The notes beneath the pieces were generated by a model that was not told where the DNA came from, made no database searches, and worked only from the letters and a program-made list of their open reading frames with translations. Shown here piece after piece: positions 9,206 to 21,200 of a DNA stretch of 64,000 bases; positions within the stretch are counted from its first letter, which is position 1; each line of letters opens with the position of its first letter. Origin of the DNA: Epithemia pelagica (Eukaryota; Protista; Bacillariophyta); assembly GCA_946965045.2 (NCBI GenBank), contig OX337236.1, positions 2,666,001 to 2,730,000 on the forward strand, given 5' to 3'. The position numbers and the translations under genes are program-made.

Positions 9206-12200
9206 TTACGACCCATTCATGTAGATTGGGGAAACAATAATATCCATATTTTTCATTTCGATTGCAAAGTTCACACGACGATCGTGGCTGAACGGTTCAA
9301 TGTTACTGATCGTAATCGTGAAGGACGTCTTCGTGGAGCTGGACGACGAAATAGACACGAAAACATCATTGGGTTCATAGGCGTCCATGTAATAGCTGTC
9401 ATCGTCCCACGTGCCGACACTAAAGCTGTCCAAATGCAATCGGGTGTAACCCACTGTCAAAAGAAGAGTACCGGCTGGTCCATCTGACTTGTGCAAATCA
9501 AACTTGATGGTCAACGTGGTTAACGACGGTGGGAGCACCACGGTTCGTGCAGCTTCAATGTCACGGGGAATCTTGATGAACTTCTTGCCATTCTCTTTAA
9601 CGGTCTGAGCCAAGCCTAATGCGTCAATTTCGATGGGCATCCGCTCGGGTTCGGGTGTGGGACAGTACACGTCACAAGGATAGGCAAAGTCCAAACGATA
9701 ACCCGATTCGTGGAATGATTTCGGGTCAGGACATTTCATGGCCAGAGTACCTTCAATCACATCGCCGAAAAATTCATCAAACGCATGAACGGTACCACGA
9801 GCGTAGCCATCGGCAGCGCAATCAATAGTAAATTCATCCTTTAGTTCACCGTATGGGACGGCATGGTAGTCATGACAGTGCGGCGTACTCAAATAGTTGT
9901 CTGTGTAGTTCACAAGCATGCGACAGACACTGTTGGTCCACTCTTGTGCAACCTTCACCGTCACGGTAGTCGGTGTCTGTCGAATGAGTCGGACAGCACT
10001 GTGAGGAATAGGAGGTTTGGTCGTTCCCCAATCAATCTCCGCCGGACATTTACTTTCACAATTGGAACGGACTCGTACAGAATCCACGTCCACAGTCAAC
10101 GTTCCGACTTGCGTCTTGAATGCCAAAAAGAATACATCGGGGGTCTGGAAAAAGGACGATGGAACAGTCATTCCCACATGGCAGTGTGTAGTAGATGGAT
10201 AACAGGATACGACAACGCCGACATTATCTGGAAATTGGCCAGAGAGATGGTCCTCTGAATCCCCGGGAGCAAAGGTGCCAATGCGGAAATCATGTTTACC
10301 CGCCATGACGATCAAATCACCCAGCGCTTCTTTGGTCAAACTGAACTCAGCGGTAATACTCGAAGTTTTCTCGGGAAGGATGTAGGTCTGACCCACAATC
10401 TTGGTGCCGTAGTGACTCAAGTATGTGGACCAATCACCGGCAGTCTTGGTAACCTCGGAACCACATGGTTCGTCCTCCTCAGGCTTGCAGGCCGGAGGTC
10501 CATACGAGCATGGCAAGGTAAAGACGTATTTGTGGGTATGGTCTGAATCAATCACGTGGCATTTGTCAGGGACATCAATATGATCTCCAGCCACGAGCTT
10601 CTCATCATATGCGAAAACGGTGACAGTCACCTTTCCATTTACGCATTGGGCTGTGTGCACTTCCGGTTCACCCGGTTCCACATTGGACGTATTAGCGCAT
10701 GTTTCGACGATTCCGCCATGTTCCTTCTTATCATACAACACAGACAAGAGACAGAGAGTGTCATCCAGGAATTCTTGTTTCACCAAGAAAGTAACATCCG
10801 TGTGTCCATAGTCAAGAATGTAAATGGGAGGTTCCAAAGGATTGTGGGTGATGGAACTGGAGGGCTCCATTTGTTCCACGTACGGACATCCCTCACAGTA
10901 GGCATAGATGGACACATTGTCCACAACGAAATGACCGTCCTTAAACGAAAAGCCAAGGTAAAAGATATCGTCGAACATATCCGCGTCGACAAACATGGTC
11001 ACATCACATTGACTTGTTGCACTTCCGCTTCCAACAGTACAGCTAACGCTCACAGGAACTTCGTCGCCGAAAGTATATTCGAATGAATTGTCTTGACCAA
11101 TCGCGGCGAAGTGTCCCATTTTCAAAGTAGGCTTTTTGCCAACTGAAATCATGAGGTCACCATCATGCTTCACGTCAAGTGTAAACTTCACACTCAAAGA
11201 AGTACTGCTGGATGGTGGGATGTAAGTGCGGCTTGTGTAATTGTAGTGATTTGAAGACACAGCTGAGCTCCAATCTCGAATACTCCTTGTAACATCGTCG
11301 TCACAATCATAGTCCTCCGGCTCACAATCCAGTCGCATTTCCTCACATGGGAACTCATAAATAAATCGCTGTATCTTATCACTCTCGGAAATGGACTTCA
11401 TATCTGTACATTGGCCGTAGACATGATGATGTGTCGGGTTTTCAGGGAACATCGGTTCATACAGGAAAATTTCGATTTGAGCCATTCCTTGATAGCACTG
11501 GATCGTGTATTGAAATGCTTCGCCATGAGTCACTTCGTTCTGCTCGTCACACATATGATCCGTCGATTGAATCGTCTTGGTTGAATCATACGGTTTGTAG
11601 TATGCGGCGTACTTGCAAACAGGGTCATACCACCACAATTGCTCAACAGCAACAACCACAGCTGAGGAATTGTACGAAACGGCTTGAACTGGAATTTCCT
11701 CTTCGTCGGTCGCAATATCAATGCTGTTATCTCCCGGAGGTGTGGCATCCTGAACGTACGGGCACCCCTCGCAGAAGGCGTGGATGGACACATTGTCCAC
11801 AACGAAATAATCCTCCTTAAACGAAAAGCCAAGGTAAAAGCTGCTGTCGAAAAGATCAGCATGAATAGCCATGGTCACATCGCATTGACTTGTTGCGCTA
11901 GCGCTACCGTCAGTGCAGGTAACTCTCACAGGAACTTCATCGCCGAAAGTATATTCGAATGAATTTTCGTGGCCATACGCGGTGAAATGACCCATGTGCA
12001 ACGTAGGCCATTTTCCAACTGAAACCATGAGGTCACCATCATGCTTCACGTCAAGTGTAAACTTCACACTCAAAGAGACACTGCTGGATGGTGGGATGTA
12101 AGTGCGGCTTGTGTAATTGTAGTGATTCGAAGACACAGCTGAGCTCCAATCTCGAATACTCCTTGTAACATCGTCGTCACAATCATAGTCCTCCGGCTCA

Positions 12201-15200
12201 CAAATCGGTCGCATTTCCTCACATGGGAACTCATAAATAAATCGCTGAATATGGTCGGACTCCTCACCCATGGAAAATTCCTTCATATCTGAACATTGGC
12301 CGTAGACATGATGATGTGTCGGGTTTTCAGGGAACATCGGTTCATACAGGAAAATTTCGATTTGAGCCATTCCTTGATAGCACTGGATCGTGTATTCAAA
12401 TGATTCGCCATGGGCCACTTCGTTTTGCTCGTCACACATATGATCCGTCGATTGAATCGTCTTGGTTGAATCATACGGTTTGTAGTATGCGGCGTACTTG
12501 CAAACAGGGTCATACCACCACAATTGCTCAACAGCAACAACCACAGCTGAGGAATTGTACGAAACGGCTTGAACTGGAATTTCCTCTTCGTCGGTCGCAA
12601 TATCAATGCTGTTATCTCCCGGAGGTGTGGCATCCTGAACGTACGGACAGACATCAGTAGGTGGCAAAGTTGGGACGGACGTTGGAACGCTGGTGGGTGT
12701 CAGTGTTGGGGCAGCTGTGGGTGCGTAACATTGGATATCCACGCTGAAATCTTTTATTCCGAGTGTTCCTTTTGGAATAACAATGAGAATACCGAATACA
12801 TCAGAAGGATAATGGTTGTGGGAAGACGAGAATACAAGAGTGAACTGGCGGATCACAACGTCAGAAATAGACTGCATATCCATCGTCTTCACATGATGAA
12901 TATGGACACCATTGTCAAGTAATTCGTTTTCTCGGTCTTCGTGATAGATTGGGATCTCAAAATTGCTTCCAGATAGTGTCATATTTGCGGGCCTTGATTC
13001 GTCCTTGTGTTCCAGTGTCATAAAACTGACTGTCACTTGTGCTGTATTTTTAGGAACTGATAGCGACCGATAAACGTGGATCGGCGAATTTCCAGCTATC
13101 ACCGCTGCGTCTATCTTATCGCCTTCATGCCCAAAACTTCCTGGGATCGCACCAATGTATTCTTCTACGCCATTTCCGTCTACCATGTCGTCAAACATAA
13201 TTTCGTGTACATTAACATCACTGCTTCTCGCAAGAACATCCACGCACTCTTCAAGTACTGGATACGGGCACCGTGGATTTTCAACACATTCAACCATGTA
13301 ACGGAAATGCTTGACATTGTCCGACGAGGATATCGCACACCCTTCTGGTGGATTGTGGTCGGCATCTTCACTGAATGATGAATCACGCACGTAGACATCG
13401 ATCTCGGCCATATCCTTCACACAGACAGCAGTATATCTTCCCACGTGACCATACGGAGTGTCCATATTCGTACCCTTCTTCTCGTTATAACACTCACTTC
13501 CAACGCCAGATTCCTCATTACCTGGCAGGTAGGTCGCCAACTCTTCCACCGTCGGCGCCAAATACTGAAACACATCCAACATAATTTCGTTATTGCCAGC
13601 TGCCGCAATTTTGACGAGACTATACTCCTCCTCTGACGCGGATGATTCCATGTGCACCGAGTCGGGACAGAACTTGCTCGGGCTACTACTTGGCATCGAG
13701 CTGGGAGACAAACTTGGGCTAGCGCTCGGCGATGAACTTGGACTGGCACTGGGTAATGCACTCGGGGAAGTGCTCGGTGGAGAGCTTGGAGTGTAGCATT
13801 GCATTGATACATGCATAGACTCAATGCCCACAATTCCATGTGCAACGCGGAACCCGACTTTGAGGACATCATGTGGGTAATGATGAGGCTGGAAATGTAG
13901 CCAGATCTTTCGGGCGTAATAATCTTCTGTCCCCCAATGTAAGTCCTCCACCTTCAAATAAACTTTGTTCGGCAGTTCGACATCGGAGTCTCCTTGTGGA
14001 ATTTTAACACGAGAATGCTTGTCGTCCAAACTCACAATAATATGGTGTGGTCTATTTTCAATCTTTTCGACAATGACAATCTCCATTCCGACTGTTTCCG
14101 TCTTGGACGGTACCCAAATGTTCTTGAAAAGCCAATACGGTGCAGGGATCAGAACTAAATGCTTGCGATCACCAATCTCTCCAGCAACCCCGTCGAGATA
14201 GGAGTCCACATGCTCCTGTAGCTTCATGTCTTCGGACAAGATCACGCCATGGCCGTTCTCTTCATAGAACGAATCACAATCGGATGGACCCGGATGCTCG
14301 CAGAAGTCGTACAGCATACATGGTACTTTGTATGAGAACTTTTTGACCTGCTCGCCCGATGAGGGGATGATATTTTCATGGCTGCAGTCCTCAGGTACGT
14401 CATGGACAACCGAGGTATATGTCGTGTCAAAGGCATATATATCAAAGTACGCGTATCCATATTCATCACACTTTGCCGTATACCGGTCAGAGCGACCATA
14501 TGGAACATTTGCACCACCGGTATGGCAGACTCTCGTCCCTCCAGAAGGTTCTTCAAAGTCAACCATTAAACCGCAAAGCGAAGTTTTCTTTACATGTTGG
14601 TGGACTTCGACTGTGACAGTCTCTTTATCCCAGGCATAAATCGTAATAAGATTGTGGAATGGTGCTGCTTCAGGTTCTCCAAGGAAAATTGCACTGTATG
14701 GGCATGTGTCACTCTTCTTCGAAGGCGAAGAAGAAGGACTACTGCTCGGAGACAAGGAAGGACTGCCGCTGGGCGACGAACTCGGAGATTCACTGGGTGA
14801 ATTAGATGGAGACTCGGACGGATGGACGCTATAGTCCACAGTAGGTGCCAATGATGGATTGGAACTCGGAGAGCTACTTGGACTAGAGCTCGGACTTGAA
14901 CTCGGCGATTCACTGGGAGATTCGGAGGGAGCCTCACTGTCAGACACCGAGGGCGCAGTAGATGGCGAATTGCTGGGAGAACTTGACGGTGATGCGCTGG
15001 GACTCGAACTCGGACTTGTGCTCGGTGATGATGATGGAGCTGAGCTTGGAGCACTACTAGGAGATTCTGAAGGAGAAACACTTGGTGAAGAAGAGGGCAA
15101 TGATGATGGACTTTCGCTTGGAGTGTTGCTTGGGCTCTCGCTTGGTTCCGAACTTGCAGTAATCGATGGAGCTGAAGAGGGCTCAGAACTCGGACTGGAA

Positions 15201-18200
15201 CTGGGCGAGGAACTAGGGCTTGAACTGGGTTCAAAACTTGGTAATGCACTTGGACTTGCACTTGGAGATGAACTTGGTGCTGCACTGGGACTTGCACTCG
15301 GCAACGAACTCGGTGACGAACTGGGAGAACTGCTTGGGGATGCAGATGGCTCAGAGCTTGGAGACGAACTTGGTTCCGAACTCGGAGATGAACTGGGAGA
15401 TGCACTCGGTGACATACTCGGAGATGAACTCGGAAGAGCACTGGGTGATTCACTCGGATTAGAACTAGGAGCATAACATTGCAAGTCCATGCTGTAGCTC
15501 AAAATTCCAAATTGCCAGCCATCATGGTGAGTGAAAAACGTGATGGTTACAACATTGTGCTGGTAGAACTTGGGTGTCAAATATACTTCCAAATGTAGGA
15601 TATGATATCCCGTATGTGCGTTCTCTTCCTTGACAAGACTTGCATGTAAACCATTCGAGTATGTCTTGGGATCATGCAGATTCGTAATATCCCAAATTTC
15701 ATGGTCATTGTCGTAACTCAAACCAATGCCTTCGTGTGCGTTAACATTCTTTACAATCAGACTGAAACGCGCGATCACAAGCTCCGTATAAGCTGGAATA
15801 TGCACACTCTTGGCCACCATAGTATGGTTCTTCTTCAAAACAGCAACAGGATGAGTTCCCCACATGCCATGGTATGTGTTCACCCATGTATCTACCTCAG
15901 CGTCACTATACATCGTCTCCGAAACAAACGTTGTACCGTCCGAATTGCTCGACAAGAAATCGTAACAATCCGGAACCTCCGGGTATGGACATCTCGGAGG
16001 GAGGTTACACGGAACTTTATATGAAAACTTTTTGATCTTTGACCATTCTTTCTCAATGAACTTCTCATGACAAGCATCATGAACGGAATCGGAATCAAGA
16101 GAAAGACCCGTAAACGTAATATCCCAAGCGTAAATATCAAACTTGGCAAATCCATCGTCACACTTGGCAGTGTAATTGTCGTGATGACCAAAGCCAACAT
16201 CCAATCCTCCATCTGCACAAACATATTTATCATCCAAGTCATGGTAATGTGTGAAAAAGGCACAAAGAGAACCCTCCTTCACATACTGATGAACTCCTGC
16301 CGTAACACTTTCGTTGTTCCAGGCATAAATGGTGATCAAAATGTCCAACGGATAGGCATTGGAATGCTCAATAACATACTTCGCGTCATACGGACATTCT
16401 TCTGTGGGTGTACTGCTTGGAGACGAACTGGGACTAGAGCTCGGCGATGTACTGGGAGAGGAGCTTGGTGAGCTGCTTGGCGAGGAACTCGGAGATGCGC
16501 TCGGTGAGCTGCTGGGAGCTGAGCTGGGGGAGGAACTAGGTGAACTACTCGGAGAGGAGCTGGGTGATCCACTAGGACTTGAACTTGGTGAGGAACTGGG
16601 TGAAGAACTAGGATTTTCACTGGAATACGATGGTTTCCAGCTCGGAGATGAACTAGGCACAGCGCTTGGACTCTCACTTGGCGAAGAACTAGGGCTTTCA
16701 CTTGGCGAGGAACTTGGACTTTCACTTGGAGAAGAACTGGGGTTCGAACTTGGGGACGAGCTGGGAACAGCACTGGGGGAAGCACTTGGACTCGAACTAG
16801 GGTTTGAACTGGGCGCAGAAGACGGCTCAGTACTTGGAGAATCAGATGGACTTTCACTTGGAGATGCCGATGGGGACTCAGACGGATGATCACTTGCAGT
16901 GATTGTAGGTTGGTTCGATGGTGAGTTACTCGGGGACTCTGATGGATGGACACTTGCCGTGATTGTTGGTAACATCGATGGCGAACTACTGGGACTGGAA
17001 CTCGGAGATGCACTAGGAGAAGAACTCGGAGATGCACTGGGAGAAGAACTCGGAGATGCCGAAGGTGGAGAACTGGGCAACGAAGAGGGACTTGCACTTG
17101 GACTGCTGCTAGGACTGCTGCTAGGTTCTGAACTCGACGTCATCGATGGAGGAGACGAAGGCTCAGAACTTGGACTGGAGCTAGGCGATGAACTAGGGTT
17201 GGAGCTGGGCTCTGAGCTTGGCGATGCACTGGGACTTGCGCTCGGCGACGAACTAGGTGATGAACTGGGAGAACTGCTTGGTGATGCAGATGGCTCAGAG
17301 CTTGGAGACGAACTTGGTTCCGAACTCGGAGATGAACTGGGAGATGCACTTGGTGACATACTCGGAGATGAACTCGGAAGAGCACTGGGTGATTCACTCG
17401 GATTAGAACTAGGAGCATAACATTGCAAGTCCATGCTGTAGCTCAAAATTCCAAATTGCCATCCGTCATGGTGTGCGAAAAACGTGATGGTTACAACATT
17501 CTCCTGGTAGAACTTGGGTGTCAAATATACTTCCAAATGTAGGATATGATATCCCTCAGGGACGTTCTCTTCCTTGGTAAGACTTGCATGTAAACCATTC
17601 GAGTATGTCTTGGGATCGTGGAGATTCGTAATATCCCAAATTTCTTCGTCATTGGAGAAACTAAAACCAATACCTTCGTGTGCGTTAACATTCTTTACAA
17701 TCAGACTGAACCGCGCGATCACAAGCTCCGTATAAGCTGGAATATGCACACTCTTGGCCACCATAGTATGGTTCTTCTTCAAAACAGCAACAGGATGAGT
17801 TCCCCACATGCCATGGTATGTGTTCACCCATGTATCTACCTCAGCGTCACTATACATCGTCTCCGAAACAAAGGTTGTACCGTCCGAATTGCTCGACAAG
17901 AAATCGTAACAATCCGGAACCTCCGGGTATGGACATCTCGGAGGGAGGTTACACGGAACTTTATATGAAAACTTTTTGATCTTTGACCATTCTTTCTCAA
18001 TGAACTTCTCATGACAAGCATCATGAACGGAATCGGAATCAAGAGAAAGACCCGTAAACGTAATATCCCAAGCGTAAATATCAAACTTGGCAAATCCATC
18101 GTCACACTTGGCAGTGTAATTGTCGTGATGACCAAAGCCAACATCCAATCCTCCATCTGCACAAACATATTTATCATCCAAGTCATGGTAATGTGTGAAA

Positions 18201-21200
18201 AAGGCGCAAAGAGAACCCTCCTTCACATACTGGTGAACTCCCGCTGTAACACTTTCGTTGTTCCAGGCATAAATGGTGATCAAAATGTCCAACGGATAGG
18301 CATTGGAATGCTCAATAACATACTTCGCGTCATACGGACATTCTTCTGTGGGTGTACTGCTTGGAGACGAACTGGGACTAGAGCTCGGTGATGTACTGGG
18401 AGAGGAGCTTGGTGAGCTGCTTGGCGAGGAACTCGGAGATGCGCTCGGTGAGCTGCTGGGAGATGAGCTGGGAGAGGAACTAGGTGAACTACTCGGAGCT
18501 GAACTGGGAGATGTACTGGGCGAGCTGCTGGGAGCTGAACTGGGAGATCCACTTGGAGATGCACTGGGATTAGCACTCGGTTCTGAACTGGGCGAGGAAC
18601 TAGGATTCTCACTGGAATACGACGGTTGCCAGCTTGGCGAGGAACTTGGTGAAGAACTGGGTAGAGCGCTCGGATTAGAACTTGGTGAAGAACTCGGATT
18701 ATGACTCGGAGAAGAACTCGGATCCGAGCTGGGTATTGAGCTGGGGGCAGAGCTTGGTGAAGAACTGGGCGAAGCACTTGGACTCGAACTAGGGTTTGAA
18801 CTGGGCGCAGAAGACGGCGCGGCACTTGGAGACTCAGATGGACTTTCACTAGGAGATGCCGATGGGGACTCGGATGGATGAACACTTGCAGTGATGGTAG
18901 GAGACATCGATGGCGAGCTACTCGGGGACTCCGATGGATGAACGCTTGAAGTGATTGTAGGTGAACTACTGGGACTGGAACTCGGAGATGCACTGGGAGA
19001 GGAACTCGGATACTCACTCGGAGAACTGCTTGGCGATGAAGATGGCTCGGAGCTTGGACGAATACTTGGAGATGAGCTTGGAGAAGAACTTGGGGACAAA
19101 CTCGGGGATGAACTTGGTTCCAAACTTGGGGATGAACTAGGAGATGCACTTGGTGACATACTCGGAGATGAACTCGGAAGAGCACTGGGAGATTCACTCG
19201 GATTAGAACTAGGAGCATAGCATTGCAAGTCCATGCTGTAGCTCAAAATTCCAAATTGCCATCCGTCATGGTGTGCGAAAAACGTGATGGTTACAACATT
19301 CTCCTGGTAGAACTTGGGTGTCAAATATACTTCCAAATGTAGGATATGATATCCCTCAGGGACGTTCTCTTCCTTGGTAAGACTTGCATGTAAACCATTC
19401 GAGTATGTCTTGGGATCGTGGAGATTCGTAATATCCCAAATTTCTTCGTCATTGGAGAAACTAAAACCAATACCTTCGTGTGCGTTAACATTCTTTACAA
19501 TCAGACTGAAACGCGCGATCACAAGCTCCGTATAAGCTGGAATATGCACACTCTTGGCCACCATAGTATGGTTCTTCTTCAAAACAGCAACAGGATGAGT
19601 TCCCCACATGACATGGTATGTGTTCACCCATGTATCTACCTCAGCGTCACTATACATCGTCTCCGAAACAAACGTTGTACCGTCCGAATTGCTCGACAAG
19701 AAATCGTAACAATCCGGAACCTCCGGGTATGGACATCTCGTAGGGAGGTTACACGGAACTTTATATGAAAACTTTTTGATCTTTGACCATTCTTTCTCAA
19801 TGAACTTCTCATGACAAGCATCATGAACGGAATCGGAATCAAGAGAAAGACCCGTAAACGTAATATCCCAAGCGTAAATATCAAACTTGGCAAATCCATC
19901 GTCACACTTGGCAGTGTAATTGTCGTGATGACCAAAGCCAACATCCAATCCTCCATCGGCACAAACATATTTGTCATCCAAGTCATGGTAATGTGTGAAA
20001 AAGGCGCAAAGAGAACCCTCCTTCACATACTGGTGAACTCCCGCTGTAACACTTTCGTTGTTCCAGGCATAAATGGTGATCAAAATGTCCAACGGATAGG
20101 CATTGGAATGCTCAATAACATACTTCGCATCATACGGACACTCTTCGGTAGGAGTGCTGCTCGGGGATGAACTGGGACTAGAGCTTGGCGATGTGCTGGG
20201 AGACGCACTTGGTGAGCTGCTGGGAGATGAGCTGGGAGAGGAACTAGGTGAACTACTCGGAGCTGAACTGGGAGATGTACTGGGCGAGCTGCTCGGAGCT
20301 GAACTGGGAGATGTACTGGGCGAGCTGCTCGGAGCTGAACTGGGAGACCCACTTGGTGATGCACTGGGACTAGCACTCGGTTCTGAGCTGGGTGTGGAAC
20401 TAGGATTCTCACTGGAATAGGATGGCTTCCAGCTCGGTGAAGAACTGGGGGACGAGCTGGGAATAGCACTGGGAGAAGAGCTTGGACTCGAACTTGGCGA
20501 TGAACTGGGAGACGAACTTGGACTCGCACTTGGTGAATCACTTGGACTCGAACTTGGGCTGTCACTGGGGCTAGAACTAGGCGATGAACTTGGCGAAGAA
20601 CTTGGTGTTGCGCTTGGAGATGAACTTGGGGATGCAGAAGGCTCCGCACTTGGTGACCCTGACGGACTTGCGCTTGGCTGGGAAGAAGGTGATTCCGAGG
20701 GATGAACGCTTTGAGTGATGGTAGGTTGGTTTGATGGCGAACTACTAGGTGACTCCGATGGATGGACGCTCCGAGTAATAGATGGAGGGGTCGACGGCAT
20801 CTCACTGGGGCTGGAACTGGGCTCGGCGCTGGGAGACGACGAAGGATTAGAACTGGGACTGCTGCTGGGAGAGTTCGACGGTGATTCACTAGGGCTGCTA
20901 CTCGGGGAACTACTTGGAGAAGAACTTGGACTCGTAGACGGCATCGAGCTTGGACTAGCACTTGGAATGGCACTCGGAGATGAGCTCGGACTCGAACTCG
21001 GATTGGCACTGGGGGAAGCACTTGGACTGCTCGACGGATTTTCACTCGATGCACTGGGTTTATTACTGGGCATTGAACTTGGCTCGGTACTTGGTTGCGC
21101 ACTCGGAGATGAGCTAGGACTCTCACTTGGTGAAGAACTAGGGCTTTCGCTAGGAGATTCACTGGGCGATGCACTGGGACTGCTGCTTGGATTGCTGCTG